This document shows, piece by piece, positions 1 through 15,200 of a stretch of 64,000 bases of DNA; positions within the stretch are counted from its first letter, which is position 1, and the number at the start of each line of letters is the position of its first letter. The DNA lies in contig NC_092674.1 of the NCBI RefSeq assembly GCF_964355755.1, positions 18,910,001-18,974,000 on the forward strand. The letters are read 5' to 3'. The stretch comes from Antedon mediterranea (lineage: Eukaryota > Animalia > Echinodermata). Made by a program: the position numbers and the translations under genes. Under the pieces are notes generated by a model. It was not told the origin of the DNA. It did no database searches and was given only the letters and a program-made list of their open reading frames with translations.

Positions 1-160
1 CAATTTAAAATTTATATTTGTTTAAATAATGACTAAAAAATACCAAATAAAATGATTTAATTTCCATTTGTTAACATTTCAAACACACACAAAACTGTTA
101 CAACACCAAAGTCTATCTAAAATGAACAAAACACTAATATCAATCTTTTTATCTACTTAC

Positions 161-286
161 CTGTTATCAGTTGCATCCTCAATAAGCCAAGAATCTTTTG
201 AAGATAGATGCAAAGATTTAATGTGCACTGGGACATCAACACTATATGCACTGCCCTCTAATATGTTAACAACATATAGTATTCCA
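161..286 (-). CDS. VWA8: VWA8 exon (GILYVVNILEGSAYSVDVPVHIKSLHLSSKDSWLIEDATDN)
   Basis: ccag acceptor, gtaagt donor, phase fits previous exon; resembles VWA8 NSLTVLDVLEG...WLL segment. Confidence 0.85.
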
Positions 287-3200
287 CTGGAGAAAATAAA
301 TGAGAACAAATGTGGAACTTTGTTGCTGGGTATCCATATAAAGAGAACTATACTGGTAAGGTTTTAAACAGGAAGGGGGAGTATACTATAAAAATGACCG
401 GTTATACCATTATGAAGGGGTTGTGGGTTGGAAGTAATGGCCAGAATTTGTACTGGGAAGGTTTTAAACTAACTGTAAACCACCCCAAAGTGGGGGTTAC
501 CATGCAGAATTGTACTAGGAAGGTACAATTTGGTACATTTTGGAATGTATATTTGAACAGCACCCAGGGAGCGGGACGCATGTTTTTTTCTAGTATAGTA
601 TGAAATGGTCTCAGTACCTTTCTTGATAAAACACCAGACAATTTTCATGAGCCAAATGACTACACATCTTAAAGTTCTCTTGATCTGTTCCTGTAAACCT
701 CTGTGTAAATTTTTTCTTTGCTTCTTCATACATGGATGTTAGATAGAGTCGTTGAATACTACCATTTGTAGTGTCAATGACAAGAACAACATTACCCTAA
801 AAATTGTACAATAGATTCATTAACTCTTACACACTTTACATTGCCCCGTGACCAACAATGAAGTTTTGTAGTTTATGCCCTGGTGTGTGTTAACTCTGGA
901 ACTTTAGTTTTGAATTAAGACCAAATTTTCCATAATATCTAAAAGAGTGTAAATCTAAGTCTAATTTTAGTACAAAAACAGTATAAATAATATATAAAAA
1001 AATTCATTAAATCTGATCTGATCATTGAAAAAAATACTTAGGCTTAACATAAAATTGACATAGCATTGTAGGTCAGTGATTGCTTGTCAATACCAGGGCT
1101 GTTTAATTTTCTACTGTAAGCCTCGCATTAAAACATGCTTTTTAAAAGGTTTAGTACTTTTTATAATTACAGTACAAGTCTTGTAAATTAAATAACTTTA
1201 AATTAATTTTCACTCTTACCTGTTCTTCATGCATTACAATTTGGCCAAGTAATGGGTGTCCCAGAGCAGCAATACGTACCATCTTGCGACTGAGACCAGG
1301 AAACACATCATACAGGTCTAAGAAGTTCATGGTAGTTCCAGCTGAATGCATTGAGTACAGTCCTACAGGGCTGCATGTAACAAGATGAATAGATTCAGCT
1401 GCCTTATCTATAATGTACCAATAATAAAACATGTACATTCACTATTACGATTTTGCTGTTCCATACATGTAGGTTTACAAAAGATTTGTTTTTTACGTTT
1501 GCATCAAGAGGAAGAAAACAAATTGCTCAAATGGCCCATATGATGAGGATTTATAATGATGGTACTGTACGTGAAGTTATATAAATAGATTTTTTGAGTT
1601 TTTTTGTTGTTAAAAAGCGGTCCTTTAATTTAATGAAGCAATTGATTTTACCAACTTAAAATAGTAATCTTTGTGGAATTTATTGTAATTATGGTAGATG
1701 TAATGATTGAATTCCCTGTTTTAAATACACAATAACCAGGTGCACGTACAGTGCAGCAGGTGTACCGTAATTTTTAATTTATTATTATTATTAATAAAAT
1801 AATTTTTTATATTTGAATTGTTCGGAAAACCTCCAACAAATTTAAAATTACAATAATCTATAGAATATTAAATTATTCATTTGACCATGTATGTATGTCT
1901 TTACCATGCTCAGACCATGTATGTATGTCTTTACCATGCTCAGACCATGTATGTATGTCTTTACCATGCTCAGTTCAATAAATTTTGTTTTAAATATATG
2001 GCTAAGCCTATTGTTACCTAATATTTACGTTTTGAGCCCCACTAAAAATAAATACCGCACACGCCACTGGCACGATCTCAATAAATTATGTTTTGTCAGA
2101 CACTTTTATCTATCTAAATAAATAAATGTAGAATCAAAGAATGATAATGTGCTGTTAAAATAATCTTACTTGAGTCAAAATACTGAATAGACTACTTTAT
2201 ATCGTTAATATGTATTTAATGATTCACCTTTAGTAACTGCTACATCAGTAATAATGTTGTGTTCATCAAGAGGAATGACCCAGCGAGCAACCTCTTCCCC
2301 AAAGCCTAAAGATCTTGCTTCTGTTCTCTCCATAGGAAGACATCTGACACCAAGTTGTACAGGACCCTAAAACAAAATTTACAACAATTTCAACACTACA
2401 ACAACAAAAAACAGAGTTTGAAAATTTATTTATTTAAAAAAGATTTGTCGGCAAAGATGCACTATTACACTGTGTACAGTACACCCCAGTACAGTATGTT
2501 GAATTTTATTCATTTTTTTCAAATTCCAACTCTGAATGCTCACTTCATGCTGCTTGATTTCAGGATCATTAAACAAACTGTATATTATAGGTTTGTGTTT
2601 ATAAATCACTATTAGCTCAACATAAAAACACATCTTACCTTAACTTTGATGTTTTTTTCTTCTACTGGACACAGCATTTTGCGGTCACTTGACCGAAAGT
2701 TATCATACTTCCAGTGAGATGAAAGGATGATGGCTGGCAGAGGTAATCTACAACATCAAGAATTGCTGTATAAACTAACTGTTGTAAGATGTTATAAATC
2801 ATTTGTTCAAAACCTGCCTGCCTGTCTTGATGACAACTTTGCACTTACAGGAAAGGTATATTGAAATGACTGTTAACATTAAGTTTCAAAACATATATAC
2901 TAAGTTTAAATATTAGGAAAAGCAGTGGTAATAGTTTTGAATAGCAGTTAAACAGTGTTTGCTATGATGAATATAGTAATTCAATTCCTTACCAATAAAA
3001 TTTGGTTACTACTGTATGTATAATTTTATATGGAAATTTATTATTTATAAAAACATAATAGAATGACTCAAGAACTTCAAGAAAGACAAAACACAAGTCA
3101 TCCCGAAATTGCTTCTTTATTAAAAATGTATGCAATATATATATAATTTGACAAGTCCATAATTATATTGTAATATATATACAGAAATAAAATAATAGTG

Positions 3201-6200
3201 CGTATCTTATTCAATCATATCTTATACCAGACTGACATTTATAATTTAAAATTAGACACGATAGCATTGCACAGGACATGGGACAAAATGCATGCGCATC
3301 TTGAATGATAGGATGAATGAGGTAAAGACTAAATCTATTTTAAACATTTCTTCTTTTATTTCTAAAATTGTTTTTACTGTATAAACAGTACCCATAATTT
3401 GGATGTTACAAAACATGAGTCTTCAATACTCCAAGTATGAACCAGTCTCTTTCTGCTACACAATGAAACAAAAACATTCAATTTGAAGTAATTAATTAGT
3501 TTATGTGCACTATTACAGCATAAAATATCCAAAACTGCTTACTCTTTGGCAAGCTGTACATTGGTAGGTTGTGCTCCAATTGGAATTCCATGTTTGTGTA
3601 GTGTATCTATTAACTGTTCTTGTACCTCTTGGTTGTAAACATCAAAATCAAACACATTCTTCACGACATTAGCAATGCCTTCATTAGGAAATTTCTGAAA
3701 ACAATAAAGAATATCAATAAAGTTGTGAATAAAGTTTGGTTGTACACGATGGTCACTGATTTCATCAAGTGACATGCATGTGAGCAGACTGAAGCTTCAC
3801 GTTTCCTACAAGTAGTAAAAAGGACCATTGTATAATTCATTTAATGTTTTTGATATTAGGAACTGTTTCTAATATGGAAAACAGGTTTTAAAGTTGTTGG
3901 AAACAAACTAAAATCAGCTTCTCATTTGCTTATTAAGGTCATTATTTTTTTGATCAAAAATATCCTTACTTTATGTTTCACTGTACTGTACCTGTATTAT
4001 ATTGATTTAATTATCCATTGTACAGAATTTAGACATTTTAAGAGTTTTTTCTTTTTATAATAAATCAGTTGTATACTACCGTTTCTTGTCTATTTCTCAC
4101 TATAAAATTATATTTCTATTATTCTTATTCAAAATAATATATATCCCTTACCTCTAAGTGCTTGACCATATTGACAACTTCTCTGGTAGAGTATGGATAT
4201 GATATAAGGCCTTGATCTGCCATGCTCCGTAGTTCTCCAAAGGCAAGTACTAACTTTTTCAATATAGTATCTGGAACACTTGGTCCGTACTTCTTTAACA
4301 TTGCCATTTCCGATTCCATGTCTGGGTTATCCACAGCATGACAACTAAAAATATCACCTTTAACCAAATATAATAATATATTATTATAACAAACACAAGT
4401 ACAGTATATCTATGCCATTTGATTTTGTATCCCACAGTCATTTGTTACAAATAAATTGCTTCTAAAGTTTAGTGTGGATTTGCTGATTTTGTATAACACA
4501 TTGTTACTATAGCACTGGATATTTCGTCTTATTTAATGGTAAGTAAAATCGAATGGTAATGTTAATAATCAGCAAGATTTGTTGTGCTACCCATAGTGTA
4601 GTACTAAAGGCATACCATTATCCAAGTAATATGCTGTATCAGTTAACACTAATATTTCCAAACCTGTGTACATAAATTCAATGGTTTCCAAGTCCAGTAT
4701 GTATACATATTTAATAAAAAATACAGCCACTTAAAACCTTCTGGTGAATATGGTTTACACAGAATTTTACTGACTTATCTCACTGATTTAGCTAATTCAA
4801 TAATAAAATACAGTACCACAAATATTTTTCTATAATATATACACCAGAAAAAATGATTTTTTTTAAGATTGCCATTCGAGATTGATTCTCTTTAAAGTAT
4901 TGCTTTAACTTACCTAACGAACCGAAGAAGTCATTACCAAGAAAAGGAAAACCAGGTCTATTGGCTAAAACAACCATACGGAAGTTGGGATGAGTTACAA
5001 TTACATTCTCAGATGGTTGAATATGAGATCCACCTTGAAAAACAAATATAAACCAAAAGAATAATATCTGTAGTGATGAAATGGATACAATTAGCAATGT
5101 AAGTTAATTATGGTTTTATTTCACACCCTCTATTTTCAATCATTTACTTATGGTACATTAATGCTTTACAGTAAACATGTGTTGATCTATTCTGACTTTA
5201 TTTTAAAATCATTATTATTAAATCATTAGTTGTAGATAAATTGTGGCTAATGACACTATTATTGTAGATCTAATTTGCTTGTTGACCTGCTATTTTATAA
5301 TGTTATTATTTATTTCCATTTCAGCAAGGTTCAATATAAAAATAGAAAGTACTGTAAATGCATTTACAAAAAAAAAATGACACTTTATCATGTTGTCTAG
5401 CTTATAAAGAAAGTAATATAGAGAAGAAAAACAAATAATGAATGAATAAGACAGACAGACAGTCCTCAGTAAAAAAGAACGGAGTTATAAATGGGAAATT
5501 TTAAGAGGCAATATAATTGGACCATGTAGTGAATAAATTGTATACAGTCAACTCTCCCAATACCGGACTCACGGAAAACCGGACTTTTTTGGAGGGCCCA
5601 ATTTGTCCCTATTCTAAATGTACTGTAATTTATTATGAAAACCGGAATACCCAATTCCGGAATCCGGACAAATTATGAAGTACAAAACACAAAAATTAGT
5701 GTCTGAAAACCGGACTGACAGTTAAAAAACTCCAAATATTTACGAAAACAACGTAACATCGTCGTCGCTGACTCGGATTCAATACATTCACAATGTACAA
5801 AAGCTTTTAACCATACCCTGACCATGCATGAAGTGCGCGACGTTTCGCGGTACGATCAAATAATGTTGCCATGGAGCGTTACACTGTGATTGACAGATCA
5901 GTTCATTGTTAACCCACGAGGCGGCAATTGCTTTGTTGCGTATCGAACCGCGGTGGGCTTTTTCACATCGAAGCGCTATGTCTTAATGTCTATTGTTTTT
6001 AGCAGGGAGTAGTTAACAACTCCCTGTTTTTTAGCATATGAATTGTTTTTTAATAAAGTTCAATTTACATTCCACTTTGTGTCTTTGTTTTGTTTAAATT
6101 ATTGTTAAATTCACAATTGAAATAGGACTTTAAAAAGGAATGTTTCACTAAAAATGTGCATCATTATAAATTTGGAAATCATTATGGCAAAACGTAAACG

Positions 6201-9200
6201 GAATGAACTTGACTTAACTAGTGTTAATAAACTTTGAAATGTTACCAATTAATTATTGTGTCATTATTGCTTGGCTCGTTTACCTAATCAATTTTCATCA
6301 TTGCTATCAAATTACGTCAAAATAAAGGAGCTTAAAAAACATGTGGTCTAGGTGTGGGCGTTTTTATTTGATTATGACACCTCTGCACATGCGCATCAAT
6401 CAAAGCCCCGCTCTGCTATTTTTATCACCCATGCTGCTGCTAGCTCGCGATAAACAATAAACAGACCAAAATTATGTTCACCGTACGTACGTAGGCCTAG
6501 CCTATCAGTATTTATTTAATTAAAACTAGCTTGACACAATAATAGCCTTAGGCCTTCCCTATGCTAGACCGTACCGGGCAGCATTCGGACCGGTGATTCA
6601 AAGCATTTTTAGTGACAACGTGATGACTTTAAAAATGTTTTCAGGAAACCGGACTTTCGAAAAACCGGAAAATATATGCCTGCCCAAGGGTGTCCGGTAT
6701 TGGGAGAATTGACTGTATATCCATGAGCAGTTTTCAGTGATAATAAGATTGCTAAATATTTGGTGCACAACCTAATTCCAAAATGGTTTGGCAAAGCGAG
6801 TAAATACTTCTGCTAGCTTTTCATGTTAAAAAAGTTAAAATTGCTCTCGATATATGGCAAATGGAGTAAAGTCAGAAAATAACAAACTTGCAACAATTTT
6901 TCTTCCATCTGCCAAGACCATCTCACCATTCTCTACCAGTGATTTCAAAATACATGTAACATTGGTTGGAGCCTTGTCAGCTTCATCTATCACTAGCACA
7001 TGACCTAACTTTACAGCTTTTACCTACATAAAATGAATACAAATAAACTGTCTTTTAAACATTAGATGTATGTGTGAAACTAAATACTTAAAATGTGTAA
7101 AACAATCTTAAAAGTTATATATATGAAGATTAAATTTCATGTTTTATTCATATATTTCACAGTAAATATAACACGTTATAGCACATTTACCGTACTAAAT
7201 TTGATTGTTATCTACAATAGCATGTGCTATTGATCTTTAGCCAGTGCAAATCATTGTCTAATATCTGATAGCAGTATACAACAGCATTGTATATACCCTA
7301 TAGAAAAAACATCCGGGATCCCGCCGATATCACGGTCGGGATCCCGCCGGGATCTCGCCGTGATCCCGATATTTTCGACCGAAATTTTTGGTCGGGAATT
7401 TCGGTCGAAAATATCGGGATCCCGATTGACGTCCCGATCTTTTGGGAATCCCGATTACCCATCCATATCGGGATTTTTATCGGGATTCACGAAAAATCGG
7501 GATTTTTGGTCGGGAATTTCGGTCGAAAATATCGGGATCTCGAACGACGTCCCGATTTTTGGGATTTCCCGATTACCCATCCCGTATCGGGATTTTCATC
7601 GGGATTCACGAAAAAATCGGGATTTTTGGTCGGGAATTTCGGTCGAAAATATCGGGATCCCGGACGACGTCCCGATCTTTTGGGAATCCCGATTACCCAT
7701 CCCGTATCGGGATTTTTCATCGGGATTCACGAAAAATCGGGATTTTTGGTCGGGAATTTCGGTCGAAAATATCGGGGTCCCGGACGACGTCCCGATCTTT
7801 TGGGAATCCCGATTACTCATTCCTTATCGGGATTTTTATCGGGATTCACGAAAAATCGGGATTTTTGGTCGGGAATTTCGGTCGATCATCGGTGAAATTG
7901 TAATCGGGATAATGCGCAAAAACGAACGGGATTTTTAACCGGGATATCGATCGGGATCCCGCCAAGAACCCCGATCGATACCCCGGTTAAAATTCGTTTT
8001 TGCGCATTATCCCGATTAAAATTTCGCCAAAAAATCGAGATGTAAATTTAAGACGACTATGCCGAATACATTTAATCCCGCCAAAATTTAGACTTATAAA
8101 TCGAAAATCCTGGTCGGTACTCCCGTTCTGAAATACTGTGATTCTACCGAACTCTTTACGCCATGAAGGAAAGACATCTAGAAATTAAAAGAAATCTGTT
8201 ATAAAAGTAAATATACAAATTTCATTACGGTAATATTGTGCTTAAATCTTACACTAAAATGATGATTAAACTGATTCATTGTTATCGGTAGTAATTGGCA
8301 ACATTTTGGTTGTCTGATATTTTTTTCTTTTATTTCAGAATAAAATATGTGATAAGTTTTTTGTTTTACTAACAATGTCCATTATTTATTCTAAATAATT
8401 ATTTGTATTAATATCGTAAATGATTGAACACCGATCTGCCGATGTAGGATAATATGTCATAGTAATACAATATAGCCAAAAAATATGAGATTTTCAAAAC
8501 CCTCTGCAATACTCATCCGGCATTATTATCAGTGTTCCATCTTTTACGATTTGTTGTTTATGATTTAATAACGAGTTAAAACAACACTTTGGAGTTTGTT
8601 ATATTATTGAATAGGTTTTCATTGTTTTTACGATATTGGATGACCAAGTTGAGTTTTGTTAACTTGTTGAGGGTATTAAGCTATTGGAAAGACAGTAATT
8701 TGTAACAGACGGTAAGTTATTATTTGATTAGGGTTAATGTTGTTTTTGCTTTGAATTGAGTTATTTTTGTTTTAAATACATGTACCAGCAGTATTAATTC
8801 TAAAGACAGTTTACTTTATGTACCACACCTTTTGCTGCGCCGCCACGGCTACTTTGATCGTTATATAGTTATATAGTTACATTATTATATCATTATTTAA
8901 CACCTCATCTTTAGTAATACTAACAACGAGTTGATTTCTTATCGTATTATTATCATCACACTTACCTTACTATGTTTACGTTTTACACCATACCTTTCGA
9001 TTAACATGTTTATGACCAAGTTGAGTTGCTTTAATATGTTGAGGGTATTACGCTATTGGTTTACCAGCTGATGAGTGCAATATGCACTCCTGCATAGACA
9101 ATGCATGTTTCGTTTTATGCAGGAGATCCAATCAATAGCCACCTCCCTAACTGTAAGGATCGAAACAGCCATAACATCATCGATAATATTTCCAATTAAT

Positions 9201-12200
9201 AAATTCTCAGTAATTAATGTAAAACAACACTTTTTAAAAAGTAATTTTCGAACATTTTCTAAACAAATTAAATGAAGGTGATGATATGGTTGTCCTGGGA
9301 TAAACCCATTTCAATTTCAAAAAGTGTTTTTCATCTAATGTTGTTTTTGCAATGACTCCTACAAATATAACGAAAAGCGCAATATATTATATATAGGCCT
9401 AATCAGATACGTATGTGTTTTTTTGTTTACCGTTTATACGTTTACAATTAGTAATTACATTTCTTTTAAAAACAATAATCCTTCAAATTCTAAATAGATA
9501 GCCTATAGGCCTAAGTATAACTTACCTTAGAAAATATTTTGCCCCTTTACAATCATAAATATTCTGATCGTGTTATTTATAGGCCTAGTTTACCCATTCA
9601 TTTATAGGCCTAGGTCTAGTAGTAGGCTAACCTAGCTTGCCTGTTCCTTCTTCATCATCATTCATCGGATCCTCAATTTTTCCGAATTAGGCCTAGCCTA
9701 GGCTATAGATATTGATAGGAATAGGCCTACTACTACTAGGCCTATTAGTACTTCTCATCTGCCTGTTTACTCCGAGTTCAAGTCCTTTTTAATTTTACAC
9801 AAAGCAATATTCATAATATTATTAAGTATGGTGGTGTACGATAAACATTTATTAATTAATATGCACAAAATAGTTTTCCCATTGTGTCTGGAGAGACCAA
9901 AATAACAATACTGTAATATATAGGCCTATTAAAGCTTAGTATCAAAGGCCTAGTATCAAATAGGCGGAGGGAGGAGGCCTACGACGCACGGGAGCGGGCC
10001 TACGACGCACGGGAGCGGGGTCGGTTGTAGGCTAGACTGATGATGAGGAAGGAGAGGAGGCAGGCTAAAATACTGTACTTTTTTGACTTGCAATATATGC
10101 TCCACAAATATGAGCTTCTAGGCCCTATATTTCAACTAAAGGAGCCACTATGATAAGGTATAACAATAAGGTGTAATTAATAAATAATCACAACGAATAA
10201 ATCTATGAATTTATCAAAAACACCTACGGTTTGAATGCGTTGTACGTCATCGCTAGCCGGCCAGAATTGCTGTGGTCTGGTTACAAATTTAAATCAAGGC
10301 GGGAAAGAGATGCGCGCGTGCGTACGCAAGTTCCCATCGCGCGCTGCGTGCTATTTTCACAAGCACGTTCTTAAAATTATTATTTTGTTATGATAATTAA
10401 TTACAGGCCATACTAACGTGTCTAATTACAACTCCTGGTGTGATGCTGTTACTCTGGAGTACTAATCTTAGGCCTATGTCAAAATAATACAAACAAAATT
10501 GTAAATTTAAGGGTTTTTACTTAGGAAATCCCATTCCATAAAACAATGAATGCTTAAAGCTGTCGTCAAGACACCCACTTTCCGCTAGAACTTCCTACGC
10601 CTAAGGAGTCGAGTCAGTTTCTAAATATAGATCTTGGTACCTGCTTTACAGTCTACACAAAGAGATGCCGACAATTAAAGCCGTCCAACAAGCCAGACCA
10701 CGTGACTTTTTCAATGAACTGAACGAGGAGACTGCAGCATTCCTTTCTATGTCGTCAAGACAACCACTTTCCGCTAGAACTTCCCACGCCTAAAGAGTCG
10801 AGTCAGTTTCTAAATATAGATCTTGGTACCTGCTCTACACAAAGAGATGCCGACAAAAAGCCGTCCAACAAGCCAGACCACGTGACTTTGTGAATGAACT
10901 GAACGAGGAGACTGCAGCATTCCTTTCTATGTTGACACTTTCAGGCGTATGGTGTAATAACATGGTACATGTATAATCAACCCCTAGATATGCTTGGTAA
11001 ATTGTAGATAAATGAATTCTACTACAAATAAAATATTGTGTATTTATTATTAAATAAATAAACGTCCGTGTACGTTTATTCCAAGATGTTCTATTGAGGA
11101 GTGGAGTGGTTCCCTATTCAAAGCGGGGCGTTTATTCGAATAATTCTTTTTCCACTAGAAAATACACATTTAATACACATTCATATATATATATATATAT
11201 ATTAAAATGGAAAATAAAAAACAATGTACAAAAATACAAAAAAAAAAAATTCCTTTTGCCATTTTGACAAATTAATACGCCCTGTTGCATTTATTATGAC
11301 GGATACAAGACGATTAGGCCTACTCTTAATTTTCTCCTTTTAGTGATTGGATCAATCTCATATTAGGTACGAAAGTCAAAAATCATTTCATTTGTCTTTT
11401 TATTATAATATCGAGATAATTGTTTTGCACCAGTTAGCAAATTCATTTCTATATACCCGTGTAATCTGCATATTTCACTATAATAATTACCATTCTAGAA
11501 TAAAGCTATAACAGTCAATGACAACATCAACATTTTATTCATTTAATAACGTATTCAATATTAAACGTTCAAAGCACTTCAAGACGTAGGCCTACGTCCG
11601 GGCCATTGGACGGTATATTCATTGCAGCAAGACACTTGGGTTGCTGTGAACGTACAGCAACCTCTTAGAAATTGCAGGATTTGTTTAAACATTATTTTTA
11701 ACAAATTAGTATTAAAAAAAACTGGGTTTATTCCCAGGACAGCCATCATCATCATCATCATGTGTTTTATAAATAATTAATCTTTGCTGGAAACAATTCA
11801 GAAAATACCTCATAAATGTTTTTAAAATAAAAGCTTACTATTGATGATGCATGGCTGTTTCGATCCTTAATGTTATTGGAGGTAACTATTGATCGGATCT
11901 CCTGCATAAAACGAAACATGCATTGTCTATGCAGGAGTGCATATTGCACTCATCAGCTGGTAAACCAATAGCGTAATACCCTCAACATATTAAAACAACT
12001 CAACTTGGTCATAAACATGTTAATCGAAAGGTATGGTGTAAAACGTAAACATAGTAAGGTAAGTGTGATGATAATAATACGATAAGAAATCAACTCGTTG
12101 TTAGTATACTGAAGATGAGGTGTTAATAATGATATAATAATGTGATTAACTATATAACGATCAAAGTAGCCGTGGCGGCGCAGCAAAAGGTGCGGTACAT

Positions 12201-15200
12201 AAAGTAAATTGTCTTTAGAATTAATACTATTGTACAAAGGAATGCACGGCTGGTTTGATCATTAGTACATGTATTTAAAACAAAAATAACTCAATTCAAA
12301 GCAAAAACAACATTAACTGTAATAAAATAATAACTTACCGTCTGTTACAAATTACTGTATTACCCAATGAAATTAAAATACTGCGTACAAAATCCCGATG
12401 TTGCGTACAAAATCCCGTAATTTTATAAACAAAATCCCGCCAATCCTGATGTTGCGTACAAAATCCCGTGTCTACAAACACAATCCTGTCGATCCCGATC
12501 TTGCGTACAAAATCCCGTAATTTTATAAACAAAATCCCACCAATCCCGATGTTGCGTATAAAATCCCGATCTTGCGTACAAAATCCCGTAATTTTATAAA
12601 CAAAATCCCGCCAATTTCGATGTTGCGTACACAATCCCGATGTTGCGTAAAAAATCCCGATGCTGCGTACAAAATCCCGTAATTTTATAAACAAAATCCC
12701 GCCAATCCCGTTGTTGCGTACAAAATCCCGCAGTCTAAAAACACGATCCCGATATTGCGTAAAAAATCCCGCAATTCTTAAAAAAATCCCGTCTATCCCG
12801 ATATTGCGAAAAAAAAATCCCGATTTCGTCCCGGTGGGATCGTCTAATCCCACCGGGATCGGCCGATCCCGGTGGGATTCCACCGCATCCCGATCGGGAT
12901 CCCGATCTCATTTTTTATGGGGTAGTTACATATTCACAAAACAAATTGAATGGATCAGAATACATCATATTTTATAGTGATTTACATATTAATTATTAAA
13001 TAATTTAATCATTATAATATCACAAATGATAGTTTTTTTTATGATAGAACGAAGAACCATATGCACTCCGCAATATATCACAACACACACGGATGACTAC
13101 CATAGTTTCAATACATATAAACTAAAAATTACATCCTAACAGTATGTTTAATTTTTTTTAAATTTAGTGTAAAATATAGGGTTTGAACTTATGATAGATA
13201 AAACCCCACAAAAAGACTGAAACCCTAGACAACAGTACACGTTCTATGGTGTATTCAATTGCTGCTGTTCTTTGAAGTATTTTCCTTAATTTATATCTGA
13301 ACTTACCAATGGCGAGTCCTCATATATGATAACACCTCCTTGCACATTAGGTTGTAGTGTCAAGCTTTGTACAGTTGTGTCTCTAGAAAAAAAATAACAT
13401 TAATTACTCACCTAGGGTATTATGCTGTCTATTACAATAATAATAATAATATAATACACCTAGATGTTTACAGCTTTTTACTCTTTGTAGCCAAACATTG
13501 TCTATGTTTATATTTAGATCAATATTTGCTAATTTTACAAGCCTTTGTTGTGTTCCAATTAACATACACTGAGTTTTATTTAGATTTAGACTAAGCTTGT
13601 TACTTGCTAGCCATGATTTGATTTTGTTTAAATCTTCATTAATTCTTGCAAGTACTTCATTTATTTCAGAAGATGCAAAGTAAAGGGTTGTATCATCTGC
13701 ATACATACTAATCTGTACACTATTTACATACTTTGGTAGACCATTTACATAAAGTATAAATAAGAATGGTCCCAAAATTGATCCTTGGGGGATTCCACAA
13801 TTACTATAGCATTTATCTGATCGAACACCATTTACTTGTGTTAAGTGCGTACAATCACAAAGGTAGTCTTTAAACCAATTTATAATAGAGACATCTATGT
13901 TAAATAATTTAAGCTTGTCTATAAGTATGGTATGGTCTACCGTATCGAAAGCTTTTTTTAGATCAAGCATGACTACATCAATATACTTCCCACAATAAAT
14001 ATCATTTATCCAATCTTCTGTAATATTTAATAATGATACAGTAGAGAAATTAGGACGAAATCCGGATTGGTAAGCATAAATCATATTTTTTGAGTTAATA
14101 AATTGATCAAATACAACCCTCTCGATAATTTTAGAAAGAATCGGAAAAATTGATATGGGTCTGTAATCTCTGGGCATATTTTGGCACATTTTCATCTTTT
14201 CGGAAAAGTACTAGTTGAAAGTGAAGGATTTACCAAATAAGTGAGAGGTCCAACAATTTGATAAATAATATTTAATAATAAATAGCTGGAAGCTCATCTA
14301 AGCCTGTTGCTTTACTTACAGAAAGTGAGTTAAATTGTTTATAAATGCATTCTTGGTTTACAAAACTAAATTTAAGTAGGTCCCTGCTTTGATTAGTAAT
14401 ATCTTCAATAAGTAATCTAGGGAGAGTCTGCTGTTAGTTTGTTATCACTTGTTTTTAGGTTTGATATTTCTGTATTTATACTCTTTGCTGGAACAATAAT
14501 GAACAATATTACATAGCCTATGTAAATACGAGAACGTGATTGGTTGAAACTGCATCACATGACTACCGCTGCGAGGATCGTAAATCGTATATATCCTCGA
14601 GAACGATGATATTGACTGAGTAATTTTCACGTAATTATCGTTTCCCTGTCATTAATCATATACATTCTCGAGTACGATGATATTGACTGTGTAATCTTCG
14701 TGTGGCAACACTCGCGTTTGCCGATAAATAAACAAATGTCATCTACTGGGTCTTGAACTCGCGATGCAATTGTCACTCCATCACAAGACAACGCTTCATG
14801 CGCCGCGCCACGGAACTTGCTTTAAGAAATTAGTCATCTAAACTATTTAAACTCATACATAGTGCCCTCATTTATTATTAGTCCTCCCTAAATGTGATGA
14901 AACACTGTTTGTGATTGCTCAATATTCACGCCAGTAGCCTAGTAACTAGTACGCGCTGAACATCCGGTGATTCGGCTCCTCGAAGAGCTAGAAGACGAAT
15001 TGTTTATTCGGCCTACCTGATTATAATATTATTAATAGGCTTATTGAGGGAAATTCTTCTGTTAATTTAAACGACCTAGGCCTAAGTGAATTTTTTATTG
15101 CCAAGGAATCATTAATTAGTAATTATCTGTATATTATTCTTTGCAAGGTAAGAGGTCTAGGCAGGCTTGTTTACATACAATACAAATACTATAGCCTAGG

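Larger units (their letters stand above)
7296..12922. mobile_element. 5.6-kb non-autonomous TIR element, CACTA/EnSpm-like (CCC...GGG ends)
   Basis: Imperfect TIRs CCCTATAGAAAAAACATCCGGGATCCCG / rc CCCCATAAAAAATGAGATCGGGATCCCG, TA on both flanks, CGGGAT-rich subterminal arrays in opposite orientation, no transposase seen. Confidence 0.7.

Noticed and set aside
68-367. Plus-strand ORF with signal-peptide-like start MNKTLISIFLSTYLLSVASS
   Set aside because: Antisense shadow of the VWA8 exon 161..286; the hydrophobic start comes from intron sequence.
310-603. 97-aa plus-strand ORF in a short intron
   Set aside because: Non-ATG start, no recognisable motif, built partly from three degenerate GTACTGGGAAGG-like repeats.
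7287-7938. Overlapping long ORFs in several frames (also 12335..12977)
   Set aside because: Artefacts of stop-poor subterminal tandem repeats.
9068-9130. CTGATGA followed by a hairpin (possible hammerhead), mirrored at ~11895..11957
   Set aside because: No GAAA after stem II on the same strand; core incomplete.
14742-14816. Minus-strand A-box/B-box-like tRNA-related sequence
   Set aside because: Acceptor and T stems do not pair; at most a degenerate tRNA-derived relic.
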